From contig NC_081331.1 of NCBI RefSeq assembly GCF_022539665.2, positions 5,580,001 through 5,644,000 on the forward strand: a stretch of 64,000 nucleotides of DNA, written 5' to 3'. Below the pieces are notes generated by a model. The model saw only the letters and a list, made by a program, of their open reading frames with translations, had not been told where the DNA came from and made no database searches. Positions 50,201-63,299 of the stretch are shown here, in pieces (position 1 is the stretch's first letter; each line of letters begins with the position of its first letter). A program made the position numbers and the translations under genes. Source of the DNA: Daphnia carinata. Its lineage: Eukaryota.

Positions 50201-53200
50201 ATTTCACGAAGAGCCCAACGATACTAACTAGAAAAAAAAATCAGGATGCAGATGCAGTGTTCATTCATTATTCATCGACTCCCGCCTTTTCTATTCTGAC
50301 GTACTTTTCAAATCGTTGTAATCGATTTTCATCTCCTCCCTCCATCTTGCAGGGGTTCCATTCCCTCTATAGCGCAAGCATTTCATATTTTTGATTCCAT
50401 AACTGACTGCTGTCTTTTGCTGCTTATAAGCTATTCTCTTTTATTTCAAGAGGACATGTATAATAAAAAAATATCTCGAACGCATTCGCGAAGGATTGCC
50501 TTCGACGCGCATATTGACACGGGTGCAAAGCCGCATGAATGCTGCCATTGCAAATAACTTGGCTGTATACATCTTTAGATTGCGTGCTGCTCCCGGTATT
50601 TATCAGAGACTCGGCAAAACGCGCCAGACTTTAGGCAACCGAATGCCGTGCTCATATAGCACATAACAACGTGATTCCAAGTTGTACACCGAAGAGATTG
50701 TTTGCTGAAATGATTTTAAAGCCCAGCAAAACAATATACTTTATGTCTGTCATTCTGCAAGTTTTGCAATGTGTCAATTCTGTATAAAGCTGCCATCAGA
50801 AGCGATGCATATCACAACTAAAGTATTAAACCTCTGTCCTCTTCTAACGAAATGCCCTTCCAAGTTTTCCCCGTAGCTTTTTATAAAACTTTTAAGCAGC
50901 GAGGCGGAATCTTTACTGTATAGCTGATGAAGCAAAACTTGTCACTCCTGTAATACCCCATCACTTTAGTGTCAAAGAATTCATTAAAGTGCATGTCCAA
51001 CACGGTCAGATATGAAAATGTCCTTGTGTCTGCTTTCGTCGAGATCGATAAGCATGGAAACCTAACTCTATATAGGATCGAGGTTGGCGAATTGGTGGAC
51101 TTTCATTTCTTGCATCCCCGGGCATGACAACAATTTGATGATGCGCTAGGGCTTGCAAGACGTTGAGCGCTTTCCCACCGAAAACAATTTCAGAACAGGT
51201 TTTCCTTCTTCCAAAAAAGGCAGCAAACTTCCCTTCAAAAAGTGGACATTTTTATCCCGCATAAAAAAATATATAATGCGCCCAATGTATAGGCTCTTTG
51301 CATGATCTGTTTGCTCATCGTCTTGTGTTTTTCAAAAGTACTTTATTTGCGCGCTGCATGCAGAAAAAGTATTAGCCTTGATTGATCGATGATGTTGCAT
51401 AGCCTATATCCCTCCTACTTTCGTTTTCCATGACAATGCCCCAGTACTTTCTTGCACTTTCTTTCAGGCTTGTAGTTTTCTTTCGTATGCAAATATTCTG
51501 TTAAAAATGATTCAAAATTGTTCAAGTCAAAAGTACTATTTTTTAAAGCACAACAGACGATGAAAAGAAGAGGGTGGAAAAGGGTTTGATTAGGTGGGCG
51601 TTAAAAATATTGTAGGCGTGTTGCCTACACGCCAGCCTGCGTGATTGTAATCCGATTGCACAGGAAAAATTGCGTAAGTTCAACAAAATAAAGTTATAGC
51701 TTACACGTTTATCGTTCTAAATGGTATATTCAACATCGAGGTGCTTCAGTTTATTGCTGCAGCAGACACGGCATTCACTTTGAGGAGCGACGAAGAAATA
51801 TTACATTTGCATGTTTAATGGAGCTTTCGTCAGCCTGTAAAAGTGTCGAAAATGGCATGATAAATTTACAGTGAAAAGAAACGCTTTTAACTTTCATTGT
51901 TTCATGAGTTAAAAAAGGAACATAAAGAAGTTTACCGTCATGCTGGAGGTGAAACGATGAAATATAGCATTAAGCTAATAACGACGAGCCCAAGATAGTT
52001 AATTAGATCTATGTGGCTGACATACATGTCCGATCGATTAAATCCGTGATTCTGCGTGCAAAAAGCCGTGTCCACAAGTCGATAAAAATGCCATCATTTC
52101 AAGATATGTGAACACCATTATAAAAATCAATTTTTTTATTTATTCGGTCGTTAATAGTGCATTGCTGGGTTTGTTAAGCCTTTGTTAAGCTTCGCCAACA
52201 GAGTTTTTGTACATCACCTAATGGAATACCTTGCTGACGATTATAACGATCCTCCACAGAATTGTAAATTGGTAATTGCATATTCAGCGAAGTTGGCATA
52301 TTAGGTTACCACGGTGAATTGCGTGGGTTATTGAATATACATTCGCCATAATAAAACATGTGACACATAAATATTACGCCAAACGCGACATTGATACGCA
52401 CCTTGATATCAAATGTTATTCATAAAAACATAAACATTATGCAGTTAAAAACTAGAGTAAATACTTGAATGGCAAGTTGAATGGTAATACCGTTAGGCAC
52501 ACAGTCCTGCTGTTTCGTAATTCAGTTTTGCATTCACTGTGTTTTCGTAATATGATTCAATATTTTGTACTATTGGATACCCAAAACCTATATCTTTCAT
52601 ACCTGTTGCCACAACTGTTTTGGGGGTGTTATCAAAACTTAGTTTTGTTTCCAAAACTGAAACTGAGAGAATACGTGTTACTCATGCATTGTGTGTTGCC
52701 ACACCGCCAGAGTGACGAGACGCCAATGGCGTTTCAATCATGATTATTCGGGAAAAATAATAAAAAAGCTAGCGTGCAACAGCTGGCATGTGTCACACAC
52801 GCCGCAGCCTAGGTGTTTATAGTTGCACGTCATCCTCAATATCCGGGTTGCATTTAGTATTAGAGTTCATTGACGATCGATTGACGTGAACACGAAAACA
52901 GGGCGTCAAGTTCGACGACACATGCATTTTATGTCAGGCAGAACTTCCTCGTTTCTTTCCTTCAAATTTCGTTTTTTCTAAATCCAGGTGCGCTCCAAAA
53001 GAGTCCTCCCACGCCATGTGGCTTAATTGATATTTGCTGTTTGATTTCTTTATACCATTTTTGCAAATAGACCGTAAGTTAATCAAATTCCCTTATAGTC
53101 ACGGGTAAGGATAAACACTGCACCTGAGAGAAGGAGTATATTGACACGGCAAACCGGAACCCTCATCATGGTACTCGTGTCCTGTATAAGTGATTCCGTA

Positions 53201-53462
53201 TACGGTGCAGAGAAAACGAGAGGGACGACCGACCGAATATCAAACATCAGTTTTCCCCCTCTCACTTGAATAAACAGATAAGAGCTTATTCTGTAGTTCA
53301 ACGTGTTGAACGACGACGATAGATTTCCCGTAGTCTTAGATCGCTGCTTAGCCTCAAAAACAGTATAATAATGAATAGGAACTGACTTGATACGATTTCA
53401 TCACTATGCACCTGCCATTAGATCAGCGGGCATGGCACCGCGCACCTTACCCACAGTCAGCG

Positions 53463-53470
53463 TATATAAA
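53463..53470 (+). promoter_or_regulatory. Candidate TATA box of the astacin gene
   Basis: TATATAAA lies ~160 bp upstream of the signal-peptide ATG at 53631. Confidence 0.45.
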
Positions 53471-53630
53471 GAGGAGCATAACGTGCACGTATTAAACGAG
53501 TGTAACTCTTGATCGAGCGCGGTACGATATAAGCAGTATTTCTAGTTACGAGCCTTATTTTTAGCATTTTTTTTTCTCTTACTAACTTAGTCAACTGTTG
53601 ACAATAAAAAGTGTAACAAGTCCCATTGTC

Positions 53631-56600
53631 ATGATGCGGTTCATCACTTCTTCGTTCGCTGCTTTGCTTCTGTCCAGTCTGGTGGCACGAAGCGCTGCCG
53701 ATTCTGATCCAACCACCTTCCGCGAACCGGACACTCCTATGAATGACGACCCAGATCTTAGTAATATTCCGCTGGGCAACGCGGATTCGGTATGTTTTTT
53801 ATAACCTATCTTTTTTTTTTGTTTGTTTTCTGTTGGGTGGGGTAAGGTGACATTAAGTTTGCAAATTCGGAACTCGTAGTAAAAAAGCTGATTTGCTTCC
53901 ATTGCTCCAGGCCATTATGACGTAACGGCCTAGCTTTCAAAGAAAAGGAGGAAAGGCGTGATTCTATAGCGAACATTCGCAATAGAGTTAGGGGACGGTA
54001 ATGGGAAAAAAAACAAAAGAACGGCGAAATATAGCTCGTGCGAAGGACACTCTCAACCACGTTTGTGTGTGAAAAAGGACGCAGTTGTGCGGACATGTTT
54101 TTGTGAACGTGCGTTGGCGTTAGCTTACAAGGTTATCGAGCCCGTTCGGACATCATTTAGTGATTGTTAGTTGAAGCCGATTGTTTTAGGTCGTGATGGA
54201 AGCTTATTGGTATATCACTAGTTATTTTTCAACATAGCAAACCATGCGTGTAATTACTTATTTCTATTTTTACTTGATGCCATTGAAGACGTTGTTAAAA
54301 TTCTATCCTAACTTTACAGCAAAGTGAAATGCCTGGCGAGCCTCTAAATCCAACGGATTTCCAAAACGCCATGAAAGTCTGTAAGTTTTTCAGAATTTTC
54401 TTTTCATAATTCTCGGCTTTGTCTTTTAGCAAAGATGTTACATGTTGAACAGTGGAATTGACGTGGTGTAGGTGTAAATGTATAATAGAATCGATAAGAA
54501 CGAGGGGATGTTCTATGAACGTCGTCTCAATGTACCACCCGACTCAATACGTTTACGCTCGTCTTTGTCAAGTTGATTCTTCAAAGGAGAAGAAAGATGA
54601 GAGACCCACAAACAATATGCGACAAGAACCCTTAAAAAAAGATAAAAGGCTATACACCAATATCAATATGGAGGATCAGATATTGCACTTGAATGTATTT
54701 GAACAGCCAAATAATGGGTTCTTATTAAAAGCGCTATAGGGCATTCGTTGGAATAGCATCGAAAGAGTGCAGATTCTCTAAGTTTCGCTAGTAACAAGTA
54801 GAGAAGCATTTGTATAGTCTACTTAATCCTCATTCCCCATTTATCTATTTTCAAATTGCTTTACGTTCGTTAATGCAGCTATGGATCCACCACCACGCGA
54901 CAAGTTGGGCGGCGATCCGATCGAAATTGCTGGCCTGTTTGAAGGGGATATTGCAGGTGTTGCAAGCGGAGACATGGCCGTCGGAAAGTCGTTTAAACCA
55001 GGCAAATCCCGCATTAAAGTAAGCAAAGCACTTTACTCTTCTTATCATTTATTCCAGCGTCACCGCCTTCGTTTATACATCACATACTTGTTCGTTCCAT
55101 ACATAATACCATCGATTCCGCGTACAATTAAGTATACGATAGGTCTATAATACGCTGGTGCACGTAGATGTCTTAAGTTTGGCGTAACTTAACGCTTGTT
55201 TTTTTTTTTGGGACATTTGAAATGTCAGGCAACGGGTAAAAACGCTATTGTTGACATGAACCTACGTTGGCCGTCGAGCACCATTCCTTACGTCATATCA
55301 GCTTCTTTCGGTGAGTCGCTTTCATTTGATTTAAAAACGCTAAACACTAAGCGTACGATGATGTTCGAGGAATTCATAATGTTTCGTAAGTTGTATTTTT
55401 ACCTCATATAATCATGTATGATTTGATTGCCATTGTGTCCCACATGAATAAATCCAGCAAGAGTGATACAGGGAGAGTATAACATGCAATCAACACGCTC
55501 AAGCAAAGCGTTGACATTTTACTTTGTCGCTTGCTACTATGCATTACTATAGAACATTAACGAATCTAACGGATGATGACTGACAAGTTCCTTCCGAGTG
55601 AAACACCGGTGATTGAACGACATATTGCGTATAGCTTTTTGCATGCCTGCACACCATATATATGCAACGCAGTAATTCTAGTCTACATTTGCAAATATTA
55701 AGTATTGAACGACCGGAGCGTGATCGCCAGGGCTATGCTTGAGTACCACAATAAAACCTGCATTCGCTTCGTGCCGCGCACCAACCAACGAGACTACATT
55801 CATATCATGCCTGGATCGGGGTAAATATTAATGTATTTTTTTACAATTGTTGCGCAAGCACCTCTTTCACGGTGACGGGAATGTCCGGCATTCGATGTTC
55901 GGCGGGAGCATTCACCATTGTGATACTCTTTGACCTTTCTACGTACAGATCCTATTGCGACATTTAAGCCATCCTTACGCGCATCTTCCGCTAAACACAG
56001 CGAATTTTCGTAGTGTTTAAATGAAATTCTGTTTTCCTTGATCAATTGAAGGCGTCACTAATTTTTATAAAATCATTTCCGCTTCCTACGTTTTTTTCCT
56101 TTTCCGTTTTTTGATGGTGTTGGCAATGCGTTTCTTAACCTCGTTGCCATGGCATCTCTGACATTTACCGTCACTCGATTAGGCGACCTGTGCGTGGGTT
56201 TCGACTGGTAATGTTCTTGGAAAAAATGTTTCTAGGGATTGTGGGCTTGTTCATCAGTCTTTGATGGATCTTGGCGGAACACGAAACATTCAATCAGATT
56301 AACATCCCATCACCGCCATGGCCTAGCGTATGCAATATGTTCCTACATTGATAATGTAGATGTGTGGCACACGTTTCTTCCTTTAGAAAGGGAATTTTTT
56401 CTTAAAAATGAAATGGTAGCGAATGATTTACAGTTTACAGTGAGGACACTCCGTTTTCTTTGCCAAGTTCTTACCATTTGAGTTGTATTGGACTATCATT
56501 GATCAACCATTGACTATGAAAAGGGCCGTGTCCCCTTTTGCTTGGCATCCTGCTGACTATTACCGAGGAAATCTTTCCTCCTTCCCTGCAATGTTTTCTA

Positions 56601-59600
56601 CGTCAATAATAAGAACACCTTTCCTATTTTAATTGAGTGTTGCGCGGCCACTACCAGACAGCGTCATTGCGTTAGAAGGCTACCACCCATTTGCTTGAAA
56701 GAATAGATGTTTAATGTCGTTATTTTGTTTGCGTTCAAACAATGTGAAGCATTTAGTTTTTGGTTCGTTGTTTACCATTATTTTGTGGCCTACTGAACAC
56801 TTCCGTTCTTACTACTAGATGCAGCAGCAATGTCGGCCGGACCGGAGGCGCCCAGCCTGTTTCCCTGGTACGCGTTTTCCTTCACTATGTTGTCTTTTAA
56901 CTTTTATTCATTTAGCACGTTTGTTTTGGTGGGTTTTGTTCTCTTTTGTTCAACTGCTTTTTAAAAGTTAACGCCCATCGTTTGTGTAATGTAACGATCA
57001 GAGTGCTTTCCATTTACAGGGCAGTGGTTGTGTCTACGTTGGGATCGTCATTCACGAACTGATGCACGCAGCGGGCTTTTGGGTAAGGTTCAGTCGAAGT
57101 GTATAATCAATACCTGAAGTGGGTGGCCCGTTGCTAGTTTGGTAACGTGGTGATCGCGTCATCATTTGATGGTCTATTAACCTCTTCTTTTATGTTTATG
57201 TCATCGATGGACAGCACGAGCAGAGCAGAGCCGATCGCGACAACTTCATTACCATCCAATGGGACAATATTATTGACGGTATGTCACTATATTTCTCTTC
57301 ATTGTTACGTGCATGGCATTAAGGATTTTTACATTTTGCTTATTACAACCAAACATGATGCAATTGTTTGACTTTTGCAGTAGCTAGATTTAAAATTGTA
57401 ATTGGCTCTTGAATTTTAAAACAATGTGTGGCATCATTTCATAAAGACATTTTGGAAGGCAATGTTGCATGAATCTTTACAGTAGCAAAATGGAAATTAG
57501 ATTAGTTATAAAAAATTTAGAGTTATTTACAGAAAAGGTCCTGACTGTCTGAAGGTCTTCCACTCAGTGGAAGGGTTCTGTGAATGGTCTCTATAACAAA
57601 ATTTCAATGAGAAATGAAAAACAAAACCAGCTAATAGTTGATGAAAATCTCGCTGTTGAAGACGGCAGACATTTTCTTGTGTGTGCATGATACAGTTATT
57701 GAAACTATCGTCTGTTAGATCTGATTTATAATGCTAACGTTCTGTTTCATTTTGCTTGTTCTATTGTCAGGGATGGCGTATAACTTTCAAAAGTATAATC
57801 TGGACCGTATCCAGTACCTCGGAGCACCATACGACACAAGTTATTACATTATATATATCCTCTCTGTTTCACTATATTTCAATTCAATCTCTTTGCCTGC
57901 AGTCTTATCGCTATTTCCTCCTTATTTTCCCTCCTGCTCTTCTATTTTTTATCGATCTTATTGTTGTGATCGATTGCAAAACGAAAAAGTTTACCCAACT
58001 TTCTTCATAGTTTCCTCGAGCAACGATTTTCAATCAATAGACTACATAGACGTCTGTTTTCATATATTTCCGCCAACAAACAGGTTCCGTAATGCACTAT
58101 GATGCCTTTGCCTTTGCCAAGAATCGTCAACGTCCCACTATCGTGACTAAAAAACAAGGCACCGAGCTGGGTCAGCGGAGAGGTTTCAGTGATGTGAGTT
58201 CTCAATTCCAATCATATTTGTGCCATTTCGACCATAAGTCTTGAGTAATAGGATTAACTTCTAGCCGCCTATACACTTAAATCAGAAAAAAAAACGAATT
58301 GTTGTTTCATGATAGATTGTCCTTTCAAAAAGGCCTATACCATAGACAAGAAAATAACACATAATTCCCCATTTTTTTTTCTCCCAAAAAAGGTGGATGT
58401 CCAAAAATTGAATAAACTGTACGAATGCGGAAAGATGGGCCCTGCATCAACGGTCTCCACCACAATGGCTCCTCTTGTTTCCACTGAATTACCAGGTACA
58501 TGCCCAACCCCTACATCCACTAAATAATACGGCAATCAGCTCTGTAGATTTCTTTAAAAAAAAATAACCTTCATGCCAACAAGCGCGGAACCTTAGTTCA
58601 TTATATTTAACCAGCATTGAAATGGTAAAAGCAACATATGGCACCAAACTTTCCCCCGTAGACGATTGAGGACCCTAAGGGCTGCAAACGAAGTATTCAG
58701 ACACCACTTTTCACGTATTGCTCGTCGAACCTTCAACACCAAATATCCTCCGAATGGTGCTCTTATTTATACTCGGTTAATGATCTGAAAACGTCAATCG
58801 AGCGCTAATGAGACCATCCGTTCGGCAGACAGCTTTAACAGGCTTCAATAATTTCTCGCTTTGCCTCCTCTTCTGCTCACTTTAAAAAAAAAATTAGTTT
58901 AGTGTTTTACGTCTCCAGAACTACATTTCTATGATTTCTTACGACTTACAATTGCTTCATCTCTTCCGTTAATTGTTAGCCACAAAACCTACTGTAAAAG
59001 TTAAGCCAGCCTTGGTGGGTTTTCGTGTGCTCCGAATCCAAGTGTTGACATGTGTTTCGCTATATATGTATAATTCTACGTAGCGGATTAACTTTATGAT
59101 CATAAGCTGATGTATAAAGCTCTCGTAATCAAAATTCCTTAGGCAAATGCGAGGACAGTCACAAATACTGCAAGATCTGGTCGGAAACCGGCGAATGTGC
59201 CAAAAACAAAGCCTGGATGAGCGTCAGCTGTCGCAAATCGTGCAAAATGTGCGGTAAGTCAGCCAACTCAATATTAAGCTTAAATGGGGGAGAGGCTGCT
59301 GAATCAACAGCATACTGAATCAACAGCATACTGAATCAACACAGCGGCTGTTGTAGCAGTCGGCGTAGGTGGCAATAATCTTGGCTTAAAAGAATGAAGA
59401 TGCTCATGGTCCAATTCCATTTCAGTTGCAACTTCGGGTTATTCTGTACATTTAAAGACCTATCTAAATATTACTGCGGATAAGGTTACTGCAATAACAA
59501 ACATGCACTGTTTTGTTTGTCGTGTATTTGTTTTGTAGGAGTGGACTGTGACAACTTCAACGTCTACTGCGATCAATGGTAAATATTTTAAAGTCCTGTA

Positions 59601-60753
59601 GGCATGCTAAAAACAATGTACTAATGTATATACCTATACTAGTGGCAATTTCACAGCTGAAATCATTCCTTTATAGTATAGAGTACGTATTTTTTGAGTA
59701 AAACCTTGTTTTTCTTTGTTCATTCAGGGCAAAGACCAACGAATGCGACAAGAATATTGAGTACATGAAGCTTTACTGTCCAAAAGCTTGCGGCTTCTGC
59801 GGAACAGGTAAGTCCTTAATCGACTAATGAACCTCTATGAAATAAGATGAAATGCGTCTGGAGTAGGTATACGACTAGATTGGTTCAGGTGATTGAGGAG
59901 ACTCGACAAAAGATAATGGCATCTCTTGTAATTGGAATTTTACCGTGAGAAAAGTTAGACTTTCGGAGTTCTATCAGTAAAGTTTGCTTTCACAGCTCGT
60001 CCTCATATTATATATTGACTTTTACCCAAAAGCCGTGGATCGTTTCTTGGAAAATTCAACAAATCAGGCCAAGAAAAACTTTTCTGAAGTCGAGTTGAAA
60101 GCATTCGAGGCTACACGACATTGAACATTTACGGCAGTTGAAATGGGCTTTTAGCATCAGGGTTACAAATTTTAAATCTAAGCACTCCAATTTGACTTCC
60201 GCGACGGAAACGTCAATCTTCAGTGATGATTGGCCTTCAGTGAGCGTACATACGTAATTTTGTTTGTCACTTACCGAGAAGCTGCGTAGTCTGGGATCTT
60301 CAAACGTCTCTATAGCGAGAATTGTGCAGGACGTTTCATGTAATATTTTTACCAAACATGGGTAATGAAAGTATTTTACGTGTGTTGCGTCTTGAAAAAC
60401 TCCGCGTTTCTCCGTCAAATTTTCATCGTTTATTGCAACCAACTGGTAGCATACGTTTATCATGCTGTAGACGTTATATTACTAGATGACTCGGTTTCTG
60501 CGGCTTATCCCTTCTGGCTACATTGTTTATCGCACCAAGTTTATAACTCGCCCATAAAAACTTTTTCATTTTTTTTTTACCCTCATCCGTTTGTTTATTT
60601 TATGGGGCGTAACTTTATTTTGTTGATCCAGCTTCCAGCGCGGCGTGCAACGACGAGAATCGATACTGCAGCGCTTGGGCGGAACGCGGACAGTGCAAAG
60701 CCAATGCCGAATACATGAAACTAAACTGCAAAAAATCGTGTGGGTTATGCTAA
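53631..60753 (+). CDS. Secreted astacin-family (M12A) zinc metalloprotease with three C-terminal ShKT domains, about 15 exons
   Basis: Signal peptide MMRFITSSFAALLLSSLVARSAA; prodomain GLFEGDI; mature start KNAIVDMNLRWPSSTIPYVIS; KTCIRFVPR; GCSSNVGRTGGAQPVSL; zinc motif HELMHAAGFW|HEQSRADRD; Met-turn SVMHY; KLNKLYEC; Ser/Thr linker. Three six-Cys ShKT repeats: CEDSHKYC..CRKSCKMC (59143-59252), CDNFNVYC..CPKACGFC (59539-59807), CNDENRYC..CKKSCGLC* (60632-60753). Confidence 0.93.
59299..59341. repeat. Intronic 16-bp tandem repeat (~2.7 copies)
   Basis: CTGAATCAACAGCATA CTGAATCAACAGCATA CTGAATCAACA. Confidence 0.9.
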
Positions 60754-62231
60754 TTTTTTTCCAATTGCTTGCCGCGTGTGTTATGGATATGCATATAATT
60801 GATTTGGTGAAGGGGATATTTCTGGTGGGATTAATACTTCGTTCAATCTGTTCACGTTTCCCCGTTTATCGTGTCATCTGGTCCAAATTAGTGCGTTTCA
60901 ATCATTCTCGTCGACTTAGACGATGAAATGTCCAGCACTGTATTGGTATCAGCTCATGTGGGACTCGTGATTTTGCCGATAGCAATTACTTTGGGAATTA
61001 GTCAGACGCTTGAAGTTTATAGAGCCTACTTGAAAGACGGGGCCTGCTGGTCAGTCGTCAAAGTAACTTTTGACCTTTCTTTGCTAAATCATTTTCGTGG
61101 GTTGTGCGGTGGTGGGATTCAAAGAGGTCTTACAATACACACGGGCATGAAATTTCTAATTATCATCGGAAAGTACCATACTAATGTATACTGCAATCGA
61201 TTTCAGTTGCAACCGGCAAAATTCCTGTAAATTAGGACAGGGCAAACAGTAGACAGAAAATCTGTTTACATTTTTCGCTGCTCTGTCTTTTAAATGGGCA
61301 AGAATAAAATTAGTTAGTTAAGAAACTTTTGCTCTAAACGCGCTTTCTAAAACTTTAACCATTTTTTTTACAAATAGCTCGCCCGACTGTTTCAGCATTC
61401 CGCAACATATTCGTTCAAACAGTTTGTTTGCAAGCTTCTTAAAAAATTAAATGGCTCGTGGTATACACGAAATTCCCAATAGTCAAAATGTTTTTTAATG
61501 AAAGACATCCTGCACTGCCGTGAGCGGCGCAAGCGTTCGTGAGAGCAATACGGTGCAATCTTTGGCTTGTTACATTTTCTTTTTTCACGGAAAACAATGG
61601 TGGTGTTGACGCAAAAGGCGGACGTTCGTTTGAATGGAAAACGACTTAAAATCTTTTTACATCCCTAGCCCTGTCTAGCAGTAGGACTCGGCCCCGTGTC
61701 TAATGGGTAGGTATTAGGCCGCACAGATAGGTACCCTTGTCTCAAGAATTGGGTCCGGTGGGTAATGGTACGTACTGTACAGTTTTTTTTCTTTGTGTTT
61801 GTGCCCACTACCTCGCCGAGTTCTACGTGGGTAACGAAATATCGAAACCCGTTGTTCAATTTGACGTTGTACCACTCGGTTCCTAAAGTTAGTGACTTAT
61901 TACGAGATTATTAAATTGTAACATAGTTCAGCTAGTTTGTTATAATTTCACTTCTATTACGCACACAACGTTAAATCATATTTCATGCGGATTTTGTTTT
62001 TGTCTGGAATCGACCTCTGTACCTTTTCCGAATCATTTGGAAAAGGTACAACAACATGCCATTAGCATGTTGTTACATGTCATGCCACATTTGTTTGAAA
62101 GCATAAACATAGAGATGGCACTTATTCGCCAAAGCCTATGTTTTCATTATACTCTACCAATGAAATATTATCATGCTTATTATTTTATTATTATTAAGGT
62201 TCTGCAATCTCCTGATTTATAACTATTTACA

Positions 62232-62409
62232 CTAGGAGGTCAGCCAATCCGTATTCTTGGTTGGGGTGTTGAAGAAAGTGCTTGCTATTGGCTTAATGCA
62301 AACAGCTGAAATACTGATTGGGGTGATAAAGGTTACATCAAAATCTTACGCGGCAAAGGTCACTGTGGCATAGAAAGTCAAATCACAGCTGGCTTTGCCA
62401 AAGCTCTGA
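62232..62409 (+). pseudogene. CTSB: Cathepsin B C-terminal exon fragment, disabled
   Basis: Translates [53 protein letters not shown], matching the cathepsin B C-terminus (GGHAIRILGWG..YWL.ANSWNTDWGD.G.FKILRG..HCGIES). The catalytic His codon is CAG (Gln), the Trp of NSW is TGA (62307-62309), and a probable 1-nt insertion precedes LPKL*. No upstream exons were found. Confidence 0.9.
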
Positions 62410-62849
62410 ATTTCGTCGCGTATTGCCGTTACTTTTACGGACTGAAATCCTGTGTTTTGTTCTCTAAGATTTTTTTTTTCAGTGGCACTGTTTCTTTTGT
62501 GCTCTATTCATTTAACTGGATTTGAATTAAACTAGGAGCTTTTAACAAAAATAAATCTATTTGGTTCAAAATTGGTTTCTGGCCACTGGGGGTGTGAACC
62601 GTCATTGTTACATTTTGGTAAAACGGAGCTGATGGTTTAGGTTAGGGTAGTAGTAGTTAGTAAGTTTTTTTCTGGAGGCTATTTTTGATAAATGAATACG
62701 GAAACGGGTATTAACGAATTTCTCCTAGAAATTCCATTTGCGTTATCACACCAGCTAAAGTTGCATCATAGACGTAATATATTTTTTGTTTTTTAGGATT
62801 AATTCATTAACTATAAGGCCCATTGAAAAATGAACTTGATCTGCGTTAT

Positions 62850-63043
62850 TAGCAGTAAAAGAGAAACAAGACCAACATTTTTAAATTTTTTTTTGGGTAA
62901 AATGGATTGCCATATACTCGAGCTATTGTTGCCTCTGCCGTCATTTTGTGCTGCCTAAGTTCATAAAATATCATTTTATGGCAATCCGTTTTACCCAAAA
63001 TAAAAATAAAAAATATTGGCCTTTTGTTTCCTATTTACTGCTA
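62850..63043. repeat. Foldback/MITE-like imperfect inverted repeat (~65-bp arms, ~62-bp spacer)
   Basis: Left arm 62850-62914 (TAGCAGTAAAAGAGAAACAAGACCAACATTTT..GGGTAAAATGGATTGCCATA) is the near reverse complement of right arm 62977-63043 (TATGGCAATCCGTTTTACCC..TTGGCCTTTTGTTTCCTATTTACTGCTA). A third partial copy ATGGCAATCCGTTTTAC lies near 63139. Confidence 0.8.
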
Positions 63044-63299
63044 TCGCCATCTACCGGACATATTTCTAGTTAATTCTCTACGTACACTGACCGAAAACAA
63101 TTTTATGCCCGACTTTTCTCGGTCGGGGTTTTAAAAAAATGGCAATCCGTTTTACATTAAAAAAAAAGAAATGTCGGAAAAAAAAATCGCACTTTTTTCT
63201 TTTTTCCGACACGTAGCCATCTACCGCTGAGAATCGTTATTACTGGCGTAGGCAATTTCAGTCCATTGGATGCCATTCGCAGTTAGTTCAGTAGCGTGG

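Noticed and set aside
59299..59341. CRISPR-like interpretation of short repeats here and at 5887-5970
   Set aside because: Contiguous tandem units with no unique spacers, in a eukaryotic context with no cas genes.
60056..60463. 135-aa antisense ORF in an astacin intron
   Set aside because: Non-ATG start and no recognisable domain.
61660..61890. GC-richer segment that might be an LTR or SINE piece
   Set aside because: No TG..CA ends, TSD, Pol III boxes or second copy in the window.
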